Positions 35,970 through 44,653 of a DNA stretch of 64,000 bases are shown one piece after another (the first letter of the stretch is position 1; each line of letters opens with the position of its first letter). The translations under genes and the position numbers were made by a program. The stretch spans positions 7,510 to 71,509 of the forward strand of contig CAZCFA010000002.1 in NCBI GenBank assembly GCA_964497825.1. Reading direction: 5' to 3'. The notes under the pieces are model-generated. The model had not been told where the DNA came from. It made no database searches and worked only from the letters and a program-made list of their open reading frames with translations. This stretch comes from an uncultured Conexibacter sp. (GTDB taxonomy: Bacteria; Actinomycetota; Thermoleophilia; Solirubrobacterales; 70-9).

Positions 35970-36109
35970 CAGCTTCAGATTGCTCGAGATCGACCCCGCG
36001 GGGCGGCGCTGCGACGCCGAGCGCAGGGCGCAGGATAAGCGCGGGATCGGTGCCGCATGCGACCGCCTCGCCGGCCGCGGCCGGTGGCCGGGCGCGTGAG
36101 AATCGCGCC

Positions 36110-37504
36110 GTGGCCGCCGCGAAGGGCAAGCTGCGCGTCGCGATCGTTGGCTCCGGGCCGGCCGGCTTCTACGCGGCCGAGGCGCTGCTCGCCGATCCCG
36201 AGCCACCGATCGAGGTCGACATGCTCGACCGCCTCCCCACCCCCTACGGGCTCGTCCGCGCCGGCGTCGCCCCCGATCACCCGAAGATCAAGAGCGTGAT
36301 CCGTCGCTACGAGAAGACCGCCGGACACGACGCCTACCGGTTCTTCGGCCACGTCACGGTCGGCGCCGACGTCAGCGCCGCCGAGCTCGCCGGCGCCTAC
36401 CACGCGGTGATCTGGGCCTACGGCGCCGGCGCCGACCGCCGGCTCGGGATCCCCGGCGAGGAGCTGCCGGGCTCGCACGCGGCGACCGAGTTCGTCGCCT
36501 GGTACAACGGCCATCCCGACTTCGCCGACCGCGAGTTCGACCTCTCCTGCGAGCGGGTGGTCGTGATCGGCAACGGCAACGTCGCCGCCGACCTCGCCCG
36601 GATGCTCGTCCTCACCCGGGCCGAGCTCGAGGCGACCGACACCGCCGATCACGCGATCGACGCGCTCGCCGAGTCGGCGGTTCGCGAGGTCGTGGTCCTC
36701 GGCCGCCGCGGCCCCGCGCAGGCCGCCTTCACCAACCCCGAGGTGCGCGAGCTCGGCGAGCTTCGCGACGCCGACGTCGTCATCGACCCGGCCGCGGTCG
36801 AGCTCGACGCGGCGAGCCGCGCGTTCCTCGACTCCGACGCGGCCGAGGTGACCAACCGCAACAACCTCGCGACGTTCTCCGAGCTCGCCGCGCGCGAGCC
36901 CGCGGGCAAGCGCAAGCGGGTCGAGCTGCGATTCCTGCGCAGCCCCGAGGCGATCGGCGGTGACGGTAGGGGCGAGTGGATCGATCTCGGCATCAACGAG
37001 CTCTACAGCGACGCCGACGGCGCCGTGCGCGCCCGCGGCACCGGCGCCGTCGAGCGGATCGAGTGCGGCATGGTCCTGCGCTCGATCGGTTACCTCGGCA
37101 CCGGGATCGACGGCGTCCCCCACGATCCCGGCAGCGGCGTCATCCCCAACGCCGGCGGCCGCGTCGTCGACGAGCGGGGCCGGCACCTGCCGGGCCAGTA
37201 CGCGGTCGGATGGATCAAGCGCGGGCCGAGCGGCGTGATCGGCACCAACAAGAAGGATGCCCAGGAGACGATCGGGCTGCTGCGCGAGGATGCCGCCGCC
37301 GGGGCGCTGCCCGAGCCGCGCGGCGATCGCGACGCGCTGGCGGCGCTGCTCGACGAGCGCGGCGTCGACTACGTCGAGTTCGACGGCTGGCGCGCGATCG
37401 ACGCGATCGAGCAGCAGCGGGGCGAGCCGCTGGGGCGGCCGCGGATGAAGCTGACCCGGATCGAGGAGATGCTGGATCACGCGCGGGGCGGCGCCGATGG
37501 CTGA
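36110..37504 (+). CDS. fprA: NADPH-ferredoxin reductase, FprA/adrenodoxin-reductase type
   Basis: GTG 36110 inside track ORF 36050..37504. FAD motif VAIVGSGPAGFYAA, PTPYGLVRAGVAPDHPK, NADP motif VVVIGNGNVAADLAR, GWIKRGPSGVIGTNK. Confidence 0.9.
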   Translation: MAAAKGKLRVAIVGSGPAGFYAAEALLADPEPPIEVDMLDRLPTPYGLVRAGVAPDHPKIKSVIRRYEKTAGHDAYRFFGHVTVGADVSAAELAGAYHAVIWAYGAGADRRLGIPGEELPGSHAATEFVAWYNGHPDFADREFDLSCERVVVIGNGNVAADLARMLVLTRAELEATDTADHAIDALAESAVREVVVLGRRGPAQAAFTNPEVRELGELRDADVVIDPAAVELDAASRAFLDSDAAEVTNRNNLATFSELAAREPAGKRKRVELRFLRSPEAIGGDGRGEWIDLGINELYSDADGAVRARGTGAVERIECGMVLRSIGYLGTGIDGVPHDPGSGVIPNAGGRVVDERGRHLPGQYAVGWIKRGPSGVIGTNKKDAQETIGLLREDAAAGALPEPRGDRDALAALLDERGVDYVEFDGWRAIDAIEQQRGEPLGRPRMKLTRIEEMLDHARGGADG

Positions 37505-37736
37505 CCTGGCCGAGCTCGAGGCGATGATCGCGGCGGCGCTGCCCGGCGCCGAGGTCGAGGTGATCGACGAGACCGGTCGCGGCGACCACCTGCGCGCGAT
37601 CGTCTCGGCGCCGCAGTTCGCGGCGGCGAAGCGGCTCGACCAGCACCGGATGGTCCGCGCCGCGGTGCAGGAACGGATGGACGACGGCACGATCCACGCG
37701 CTCTCGATCACGACGAGCGTACCCTCCCAGGGCTAA
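37497..37736 (+). CDS. BolA-family protein
   Basis: 79-aa track ORF overlapping the fprA end by 8 nt. ...GDHLRAIVSAPQFAAAKRLDQHRMVRAAV...GTIHALSI pattern of BolA. Confidence 0.8.
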   Translation: MADLAELEAMIAAALPGAEVEVIDETGRGDHLRAIVSAPQFAAAKRLDQHRMVRAAVQERMDDGTIHALSITTSVPSQG

Positions 37737-37797
37737 GGCTCGAGGCGGAATCTGACGATGAGCCGGCGAGGGAGCGCGAGCGTCCCGGATTCAGGCG

Positions 37798-40392
37798 ATG
37801 ACATCGATCGAGGATCAGCACGCACGGCGGGCCGAGGGCCTGCTCCGGCTCGCCGGTGAACGCCGGGCCGAGGACCGCCCCAAGGTCGCGCTCGACGGCG
37901 CCGGCGCGGCGCTGATCGCCGGCGCTCCGGACGGGATCGCCGTGCTCGACCCCGACGGCGCCGTCGTCGCCTGGAACCCCGCCGCCGCCCGGATGTTCGG
38001 GATCAACCGCGGCGCGGCGATCGGCCGCGACCTCGCCTCGCTGGTCTTTCCCGAGCACCTGCAGAGCGCCGTCCGCAACGTGCTGCAGCGCCAGGTCAGC
38101 GATTCCGCGGCGAGCGTCGCCCAGCGCGAGATCGAGCTCAACGCGGTCCGCGCCGACGACCGCGAGATCCCGGTCGACATCACCACCGCGGTGATCGGCG
38201 GCGACAGCTTCCCGCTGCTGGCCGTCTACCTCCACGACGCCAGCGAGCGCAGCGAGCGCGAGCGTGAGCTGCACGCCGACGCCCGGCGCCGCTCGGCCGT
38301 CCTCGACCTCGGCCAGGTCGCGCTCGAGGGCCTCGGCCTCGACCAGCTGCTCGGGCGCGCGGTCGGCTTGGCGATGGAGGAGCTGGCGCCGACCCGGTGC
38401 GAGATCTGGGCCGTCACCGAGGGCGAGCTGCATCTGCGCGCCAGCGCCGGCTGGCCGGACGGGCGCGACGACGTCCGGATCCCGCTCGAGGCCTCGAACC
38501 AGCCCGGCTACACGGTGCTGCGCGGCCACGGCGCGCTCGTCGTCGAGGACTTCCGCCGCGAGGGCCGGTTCACGCCGGTCGAGCCGCTCGACGCCCAGCC
38601 GGTCCAGAGCGCGATCTCGATCCGGATCGGCGGCGAGCGTGAGCCGTTCGGCTCGCTCGTCGTCACCTCCGACACGCTGCGCCGCTTCGACCTCAGCGAC
38701 ATCTCGCTGCTCGAGTCGCTCGCGCAGCTGCTCGGCGCCGCGATCGAGCGCATGCGGGTCAGCGACTCGCTCGCCGCGGCCGAGCACCAGGTCCGCACGC
38801 TGATCGAGCGCCTGCCCTCGATCACCTACCGGGCCGCGCTCGGCCCGCAGGGCGCTTGGACGTTCATCTCGCCCCAGGTCGAGGAGGTGCTCGGCTACAC
38901 CGTCGCGGAGTGGACCGCGAACCCGGGGCTGTGGGAGCAGCGCCTGCACCCCGACGACCGCGAGCGCGTGGTCGCCGAGGAGCAGCGCTGCGCGCGCGGC
39001 TCGGTGCCGCTCGACGTCGAGTACCGGATCCGCAAGCGCGACGGCGAGATGATCTGGGTCCGCGACCGCGCCTCGGTCGGCGTCGCCGACGACGACGGCG
39101 CGATCTTCGTCGACGGCCAGATCACCGACGTCAGCGAGCAGAAGGCCGCCGAGGAGCGGCTCCGCTACCTCGCCGACCACGACGAGCTCACCGGGCTGCT
39201 CAACCGCCGCGGCTTCGAGCTCGCCGCCGACCTGGCGATCGCCGGCGGCGCCCTGCCCGGCGACCGCGGGGCGCTCGTGATCGTCGACATCGACCACCTG
39301 AAGCGGGTCAACGACACGCTCGGGCGCGGCGCCGGCGACCGCGCGATCGCCGCCGTCGCCGCGGCGCTCGCCGACCAGATCGAGCCCGACCACGTCTTCG
39401 GCCGCCTCGACGGCGACGAGTTCGCGCTGCTGATCCCCGGCGTCGGCGAGGCGCAGGCGCTCGAGCGGGCGAGCAGCCTGCTGGCCACCGTGCGCGCCCG
39501 CCAGGGAGCGTCGGCGCTGACCGCGAGCGCCGGTGTGGCCCTGATCGAGGGCGACGCGACGGTCGGCGCCGGCGACCTGCTGACCGCCGCCGACATCGCC
39601 CTGCACCAGGCGAAGGAGGCGGGGCGCGATCGGGCGACCGTCTTCACCGGGGAGGACCGCGGGCGGCTCGAGTGGGTCGGCCACGTCCGCAAGGCGATAG
39701 AGGAGCAGCGGCTCGTGCTCTACTCGCAGCCGATCGTCGACATCGCGACCGGGACGCCCTTGACCGAGGAGCTCTTGGTGCGGATGCTCGATCCGGCGAC
39801 GCAGCGTCCGATCAGCGCCGGCGAGTTCGTGCCGACGGCCGAGCGCTTCGGCCTGATCCGCAACCTCGACCACTGGGTCGTGCGGCAGGCGCTGCGGCTG
39901 GTCGCCGGCGGGCGGCGGATCAGCGCCAACATCTCCGCGAGCTCGATCGGCGACCGCGACCTGACCGAGATGATCGCCGCCGAGCTGCACGCCAGCGGCG
40001 CCGATCCCTCGCTGCTCACCTTCGAGCTGACCGAGACCGCCGCGACGCCGGCGATCGAGTCGCTGCGCGACTTCACCTCGCGCGTCCAGCGACTCGGCTG
40101 CGGGCTCTCGCTCGACGACGTCGGCACCGGCTTCGGCTCGCTCACCTACCTGCGCCACCTGCCGTTCACCGAGCTCAAGATCGACATGCAGTTCGTCCGC
40201 GGGATGCTCGACTCCAACGCCGACGCGCGGATCGTCGAGTCGCTGGTCCTGATCGCCCGCGGCCTCGGGATCCGCACCGTCGCCGAGGGCATCGAGTCGG
40301 CGGCGTTGATCGAGCCGCTGCGCGAGCTCGGCGTCGACAGCGGCCAGGGCTACCTGTTCGGCCGCCCGGCGCCGGTCGAGTTCCGGCGCTAG
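37798..40392 (+). CDS. PAS-GAF-PAS-GGDEF-EAL signalling protein (GGDEF motif degenerate, EAL apparently intact)
   Basis: 864-aa track ORF. DELTGLLNRRGF...VDIDHLKRVND...GRLDGDEFALL (DGDEF instead of GGDEF). The EAL domain has EELLVR, DDVGTGFGSLTYL, LKIDMQFV, VAEGIES, QGYLFGRP. Confidence 0.9.
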   Translation: MTSIEDQHARRAEGLLRLAGERRAEDRPKVALDGAGAALIAGAPDGIAVLDPDGAVVAWNPAAARMFGINRGAAIGRDLASLVFPEHLQSAVRNVLQRQVSDSAASVAQREIELNAVRADDREIPVDITTAVIGGDSFPLLAVYLHDASERSERERELHADARRRSAVLDLGQVALEGLGLDQLLGRAVGLAMEELAPTRCEIWAVTEGELHLRASAGWPDGRDDVRIPLEASNQPGYTVLRGHGALVVEDFRREGRFTPVEPLDAQPVQSAISIRIGGEREPFGSLVVTSDTLRRFDLSDISLLESLAQLLGAAIERMRVSDSLAAAEHQVRTLIERLPSITYRAALGPQGAWTFISPQVEEVLGYTVAEWTANPGLWEQRLHPDDRERVVAEEQRCARGSVPLDVEYRIRKRDGEMIWVRDRASVGVADDDGAIFVDGQITDVSEQKAAEERLRYLADHDELTGLLNRRGFELAADLAIAGGALPGDRGALVIVDIDHLKRVNDTLGRGAGDRAIAAVAAALADQIEPDHVFGRLDGDEFALLIPGVGEAQALERASSLLATVRARQGASALTASAGVALIEGDATVGAGDLLTAADIALHQAKEAGRDRATVFTGEDRGRLEWVGHVRKAIEEQRLVLYSQPIVDIATGTPLTEELLVRMLDPATQRPISAGEFVPTAERFGLIRNLDHWVVRQALRLVAGGRRISANISASSIGDRDLTEMIAAELHASGADPSLLTFELTETAATPAIESLRDFTSRVQRLGCGLSLDDVGTGFGSLTYLRHLPFTELKIDMQFVRGMLDSNADARIVESLVLIARGLGIRTVAEGIESAALIEPLRELGVDSGQGYLFGRPAPVEFRR

Positions 40393-40447
40393 CCATTGCC
40401 TAACCTGTTGGGACCGAATCCGTCCCACGAACCAGGAGGCAGGCACG

Positions 40448-40846
40448 ATGGCAGCGAACCCGGAGCTACGCGAGCAGCTCGAGCAGGCGATCTCCGCCAA
40501 CAAGGTGCTGCTGCTGATGAAGGGGACCCCGGACGCGCCCCGCTGCGGCTTCTCGATGCGCACCGTCGGCGTGCTCGAGCGGATGGGGGTCGAGTACGGC
40601 GCGATCGACGTGCTCCCGGTGCTCGCCCCGCTGCGCGAGGTGACCGCCGAGATCGCCGAGTGGCAGACGTTCCCGCAGGTCTACATCGACGGCGAGTTCG
40701 TCGGCGGCTGCGACATCGTCGAGGAGATGCTCGACAGCGGCGAGCTCGCGCAGGCGCTCGGCGTCCCCCAGCCGGAGCCGCAGCCGGAGGTCGATGAGCC
40801 GGAGCGGCCGCCGACCCAGAGCCCGCCGCTGCAGATCGAGCGATAG
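40448..40846 (+). CDS. monothiol glutaredoxin (Grx4 family, CGFS)
   Basis: VLLLMKGTPDAPRCGFSMRTVGVL and WQTFPQVYIDGEFVGGCDIV. aggagg 8 nt upstream of the ATG. Confidence 0.92.
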   Translation: MAANPELREQLEQAISANKVLLLMKGTPDAPRCGFSMRTVGVLERMGVEYGAIDVLPVLAPLREVTAEIAEWQTFPQVYIDGEFVGGCDIVEEMLDSGELAQALGVPQPEPQPEVDEPERPPTQSPPLQIER

Positions 40847-40881
40847 CGGCTCCGCGGGCGCCGTTCGGCGCGCGCCCGGGC

Positions 40882-40984
40882 GGTGGCCCCCGCGGATGAC
40901 GACCGCTGCGACGCCCGGGGCCGCTCGGTGGCCCCCGCGGATGACGACCGCTGCGACGCCCGGGGCCGCTCGGTGGCCCCCGCG
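40882..40984. repeat. 45-bp tandem repeat, 2.3 copies
   Basis: ggtggcccccgcggatgacgaccgctgcgacgcccggggccgctc at 40882 and 40927, with a partial third copy from 40972. Confidence 0.85.
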
Positions 40985-40994
40985 CGCGGCGGCG

Positions 40995-41260
40995 CGCGGG
41001 GCGGTTTTTCCACCGCATCGGTGGTCAACTCGCCCAGCGCCACGTGCGCGGGCGTCGGGCGTCCACGCCCCGGGCCCCGACCGACGCGGGGCGGTTTTTC
41101 CACCGCATCGGTGGTCAACTCGCCCAGCGCCGGTGGCGCCGGCCTGAAGGTGCCGGCGTCCACGCGTGGACGCCCAGCATCGCGACGTGGCGCCGGCCAT
41201 CACAAGCAGCGAGCGCGGGGCGGTTTTTCCACCGCATAGGTGGTCAACTCGCCCAGCGCC
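40995..41260. repeat. three dispersed copies of a 47-bp repeat with a CCACCG-cat-CGGTGG palindromic core
   Basis: cgcggggcggtttttccaccgcatcggtggtcaactcgcccagcgcc at 40995-41041, 41085-41131 and 41214-41260 (1 mismatch). Spacers are 43 and 82 bp. Spacer 2 contains the perfect 20-bp palindrome ggcgtccacgcgtggacgcc (41155-41174). Confidence 0.85.
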
Positions 41261-41322
41261 ACGCTGCTGCCGAGCGGGCGCCACGCTGCTGCCGAGCGGG
41301 TAGCCACGCTGCTGCCGAGCGG
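41259..41322. repeat. 22/23-bp tandem repeat, 3 copies
   Basis: ccacgctgctgccgagcggg at 41259, 41281 and 41304. Confidence 0.8.
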
Positions 41323-41464
41323 CGGCGCCGGGCGCTGCCGTCGAACGGTCGGCGCCGAGCCCGCCCGCGCAGATCCGGCTCGCCACAGCACGCCGGCAAG
41401 GCGGGCGCTTCGGCGGCCGCGTCCAGCGCCGGTCGCCCGGCTCCTGGCGCCGGCGCTGCCGGCC

Positions 41465-41836
41465 CTAGGCGGTGGCGCCGGCGGCCGGCGCGTCTTCCTT
41501 GACCTGGAAGCTCGAGCCGCAGCCGCAGGCGGCGACGACGTTCGGGTTGTTGACCGCGAACCCGGCGCCCTGCAGGCCCTCGACGTAGTCGACCTCGGAG
41601 CCGAACACGAACTGCATCGAGACCTTGTCGACGAGGACGCGGACGCCGTTGTGCTCGTAGACGTGATCGTCGTCCTTCCGCGCGTCGAGCGCCAGCGCGT
41701 ACTGGAAGCCGGAGCAGCCGCCGCCGCGGACGGCGACGCGCAGCGCCTGGTCGGAGTCGGTCCCTCCCGCGAGCAGCTCCCGGAGCTTCTCCGCGGCGAC
41801 GTCGGTGATCGTGATCGCTACCTCTGGCGTATCCAT
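41465..41836 (-). CDS. A-type iron-sulfur cluster carrier (IscA/ErpA/HesB family)
   Basis: Track ORF. RGGGCSGFQY and C-terminal CGCGSSF cysteine ligands. Confidence 0.92.
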   Translation of the reverse strand: MDTPEVAITITDVAAEKLRELLAGGTDSDQALRVAVRGGGCSGFQYALALDARKDDDHVYEHNGVRVLVDKVSMQFVFGSEVDYVEGLQGAGFAVNNPNVVAACGCGSSFQVKEDAPAAGATA

Positions 41837-41882
41837 GGCTTCAGATTGTATAGCCCGGCGCCGCCGCGTCCACCGACGGCCC

Positions 41883-42326
41883 TCAATCGCGCTCCTCGGA
41901 GTCGTCGTAGCGCCACTCGAGGTACTGCAGGATCCGCTTCGAGTCGGAGACCACCTCGTCGCCGTCGACGAGCACCGGGACCCGGCTCTGTCCGGTCAGC
42001 TCGACGACCTCGGGGCGGGCGCCGCGGCGCCGGTAGGGTACGCGCTCGACGCGGTGGTCGAGCCCGAGCCTGCGCAGCCGCCGCTCGACCGCACCGCAGG
42101 GACAGAGGAAGTTGGTCGGCGTCGGGCACCGCAACAGAAGCAGCGAGCCGCCGTCCGGGTCCCCTGGTGAGCCGTCGCTCCGGTCAAGCGGCGGGCCGGC
42201 GCCCTCCCCGGGCGAGCCGCCGTCCGGGTCCCGCAGCGAGCCGCCGCCCTCCCCGGGCGCGCCGCCGTCCGGGTCACGAAGCGAGCCGCCCTCCGCGGGC
42301 GAGCCGCCTTCCGGCTCCGCGCTCAT
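41883..42326 (-). CDS. glutaredoxin/GST-N-like thioredoxin-fold protein with repetitive Gly/Pro/Asp N-terminus
   Basis: ATG 42326 inside track ORF 41883..42521 (ATGA overlap with the epimerase stop). FLCPCGAVERRL...VPVLVDGDEVVSDSKRILQYLE. The N-terminus repeats GGSLRDPDGG(A/S)PGEG. Confidence 0.7.
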   Translation of the reverse strand: MSAEPEGGSPAEGGSLRDPDGGAPGEGGGSLRDPDGGSPGEGAGPPLDRSDGSPGDPDGGSLLLLRCPTPTNFLCPCGAVERRLRRLGLDHRVERVPYRRRGARPEVVELTGQSRVPVLVDGDEVVSDSKRILQYLEWRYDDSEERD

Positions 42327-43381
42327 GGCCGCGGCAACCTTCCGAGCAGCCGCGATACGCCGCCGGCGAGATCGAGCGCGGAGGCGGCGACGCCGGGATC
42401 GCCGCCGACGCGGTCGCCGAGCTGCTCGCGGACCCAGCTCACCGCGTCCTCGAGCGTCTCCTCGTGCGGGCGTGGCGCGAAGCCGAGCTCGCGCTTCGCC
42501 TTCGCCGAGGAGTACGTCCACCAGAGCGCCGCCGAGCGCGCCTCGTCGACGACCAGGCCCAGCGGCAGGCCGAGCTGCTCGGAGACGCGGGCGCCGGCGG
42601 CGGCGAGCTGCGGGGGCAGCTTCAGCCGCGGCGCCGGGACGCCCGAGATCCGCTCGAGATCCGCGAACAGGCGCTGCAACGTGAAGTTCCGGCCGCCGAG
42701 GATGTAGCGCTCGCCGGTCTCGCCGGCGGCGTCGGCGAGCAGGTGGCCGGCGGCGGCGTCGCGAACGTCGACGATGTTGAGGCCACCGTCGACGTAGGCG
42801 GGGATCCGCCGCAGCAGGAAGCGGCGGACAAGGCCCATCGAGCTGCCGCGACCGCCACCGGGGCCGAGCACGAAGGTCGGGTTGACGATGACGGCGTCGA
42901 GGCCGCGGGCGGCGGCGCTCAGCACCTCGCCCTCCGCCTCGCGCTTCGAGTTGACGTAGGCGATGCCGAGCGCGCCCGCCGTGAACGGCTGGCTCTCATC
43001 GGCACGGCCGCCGGGCGGGGCGGGCCCGATCGCGGCCACCGACGAGGTGTGGACGAAGCGCTCGACCCCGGCCGCCAACGATTCCTCAGCGACGATACGG
43101 GTGCCGCCCTGGTTGACGGCGAAGACCCGCTCCGCCTCGCCGGCTCGCATCGAGGTCATCCCGGCGACGTGGAAGACGCGCTCGGCACCGGCGACGGCGC
43201 GGCGGACGGCGCGGCGGTCGGTGACGTCGCCGTTGATCCGCTCGAGCTCGATCCCGGCCAGCATCGAATCGTCGCTGTCGGTGCGGATCAGGGCGCGCAG
43301 CTGATCGCCGCGCGCGGCCAGCGCCCGCGCCAGCTCCGAGCCGATCAAGCCCGTTGAGCCGGTGATCAGCACCGTCGCCAT
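42323..43381 (-). CDS. NAD-dependent epimerase/dehydratase (extended SDR)
   Basis: ATG 43381 inside track ORF 42323..43480 (MATVLITGSTGLIGSELARAL). YVNSKREAE (YxxxK). Confidence 0.85.
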   Translation of the reverse strand: MATVLITGSTGLIGSELARALAARGDQLRALIRTDSDDSMLAGIELERINGDVTDRRAVRRAVAGAERVFHVAGMTSMRAGEAERVFAVNQGGTRIVAEESLAAGVERFVHTSSVAAIGPAPPGGRADESQPFTAGALGIAYVNSKREAEGEVLSAAARGLDAVIVNPTFVLGPGGGRGSSMGLVRRFLLRRIPAYVDGGLNIVDVRDAAAGHLLADAAGETGERYILGGRNFTLQRLFADLERISGVPAPRLKLPPQLAAAGARVSEQLGLPLGLVVDEARSAALWWTYSSAKAKRELGFAPRPHEETLEDAVSWVREQLGDRVGGDPGVAASALDLAGGVSRLLGRLPRP

Positions 43382-43442
43382 CGCGGCGGATGGTAGTGAG
43401 CGACGTCCGATCGGCGGCCGGCGGAGTGATAGAACGGGTCCG

Positions 43443-44321
43443 GTGAGCCCCGAGCGGAAACCGGCGATCGTCTGCGACACGACCGCGTACCTGCCGGACG
43501 AGCTGATCGCCTCGCGGGGGATCGAGCGGATCAGCCTCTACGTGTCGCTCGGCGGCGAGCAGCGCAAGGAGATCGAGATCAGCGACTACGCGGCGTTCTT
43601 CGACCGCCTGCGGGCGAGCGAGGACGGCGCGACGACATCGCAGCCCTCGGCCGGCGACTTCATCGCCGTCTACCGGCCGCTGCTCGAGAGCGGCCGCGAG
43701 ATCGTCTCGATCCACCTCTCGGCCGGGATCTCTGGCACCTACGAGTCGGCCCGCACGGCGCGCCAACAGCTGCTCGACGAGGGCGCCGGCGGCGAGCGGA
43801 TCGAGGTCGTCGACAGCCGCACCGCCTGCGGCGGCATGGGGATCCTCGTCCTCGCCGCGGCGGCCGGCGCCGAGGCGGGCGAGGACGCGGAGGCGATCGT
43901 CGCCCGCCTCGGCGCGGTCCGCGAGCAGCTGCGAACCTGGTTCGCGATCGACACCCTCGAGTACCTGCGGCGCGGCGGGCGGATCGGCGCCGCCCGCGCC
44001 TGGCTCGGCTCGGCCCTGCAGATCAAGCCGATCCTCACGATCGAGGAGGAGATCACGCCGGTCGAGCGGGTGCGGACGCGCCGGCGCGTGTTCGAGCGGC
44101 TCGTCAAGTACGCCGAGGAGCTGAAGGAGTCGGGGCGCGACGCCTGGATCGTGCAGCACATCCAGGACCCGGAGAACGCCCAGCGGCTGGTCGAGCGCTG
44201 CCGCGAGGTGCTCGGCAGCGACCCGATCGCCGTCTCCGAGGTCGGGCCCGTGATCGGCGCCCACACCGGCCCCGGCCTGCTCGGCGTCGGCGGCGTCCCC
44301 TCGCGGCTGCTGAAGCCCTGA
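43443..44321 (+). CDS. DegV-family fatty-acid-binding protein
   Basis: GTG 43443 inside track ORF 43362..44321. IVCDTTAYLP, TTSQPSAGDF, HLSAGISGTYESA, TLEYLRRGGRIG. Confidence 0.88.
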   Translation: MSPERKPAIVCDTTAYLPDELIASRGIERISLYVSLGGEQRKEIEISDYAAFFDRLRASEDGATTSQPSAGDFIAVYRPLLESGREIVSIHLSAGISGTYESARTARQQLLDEGAGGERIEVVDSRTACGGMGILVLAAAAGAEAGEDAEAIVARLGAVREQLRTWFAIDTLEYLRRGGRIGAARAWLGSALQIKPILTIEEEITPVERVRTRRRVFERLVKYAEELKESGRDAWIVQHIQDPENAQRLVERCREVLGSDPIAVSEVGPVIGAHTGPGLLGVGGVPSRLLKP

Positions 44322-44323
44322 GC

Positions 44324-44353
44324 GGGCCGGGCGCGGAATCGCGCGCCAGGCCC
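44324..44353. terminator. GC hairpin between convergent genes
   Basis: gggccgggcgcg-gaat-cgcgcgccaggccc (one mismatch), directly after the degV stop and ~35 bp from the stop at 44390 (-). No clear U-tract. Confidence 0.3.
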
Positions 44354-44389
44354 GCCCGGGAGCGAGGCGGCGGCCGGCGGAGCCGGGCC

Positions 44390-44653
44390 TCAGCGCTTTC
44401 GGCGCAGCGCCCGCAGCGCGATCAGCCCGCCGACGACGAAGCCGGCGACGGCGGCGCCCTTGATCAGCTGCTCGCGGTGGGCCTCGAGCTGGCCGCGCCA
44501 GTCGGTCAGCTCGTTGACCCTGCCGCGGAGGGCGACGACCGAGCTCGCGAGCTCGGCCTGCTGCAGGTCGATGTCGCGGCGGATCTCGGCCGCGGTCCGC
44601 CCCGGCGCGCCCGGACGCGGCGCCGGAGATGCTGTGGGCCCGGGGGCGCTCAC
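44390..44653 (-). CDS. DUF3618-like protein (coiled-coil plus C-terminal TM)
   Basis: Track ORF. IRRDIDLQQAELASSVVALRGRVNELTD then AAVAGFVVGGLIALRAL. Confidence 0.7.
   Translation of the reverse strand: MSAPGPTASPAPRPGAPGRTAAEIRRDIDLQQAELASSVVALRGRVNELTDWRGQLEAHREQLIKGAAVAGFVVGGLIALRALRRKR

Noticed and set aside
40995-41260. Possible CRISPR array (three near-identical 47-bp repeats separated by unique-looking sequence)
   Set aside because: There are only three copies. The spacers are unequal (43 and 82 bp) and share sequence with each other (ggcgtccacgc). The repeat is longer than usual. Tandem repeats of other families flank it, and no cas genes or leader are present in the window.
40995-41260. 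DnaA-box cluster / replication-origin-like or DnaA-titration site (TTTTCCACC and its inverted partner TTGACCACC resemble TTATCCACA)
   Set aside because: The match to the DnaA box is partial: the last base is wrong in both, and positions 3-4 are wrong in the inverted half. There is no AT-rich unwinding element, and no dnaA/dnaN or other origin-linked genes are nearby. The resemblance is more simply explained by the CCACCG/CGGTGG palindrome.
40681-41391. Repeat-encoded peptide ALGELTTDAVEKPPR (three times on the minus strand) as a multi-core RiPP precursor or repeat protein
   Set aside because: The three copies are not in one continuous, start-to-stop ORF with a sensible N-terminus. The third copy lies in a different track ORF. 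The surrounding translation is Arg/Pro/Ala junk, and no maturation enzymes are adjacent. The DNA palindrome explains the conservation.
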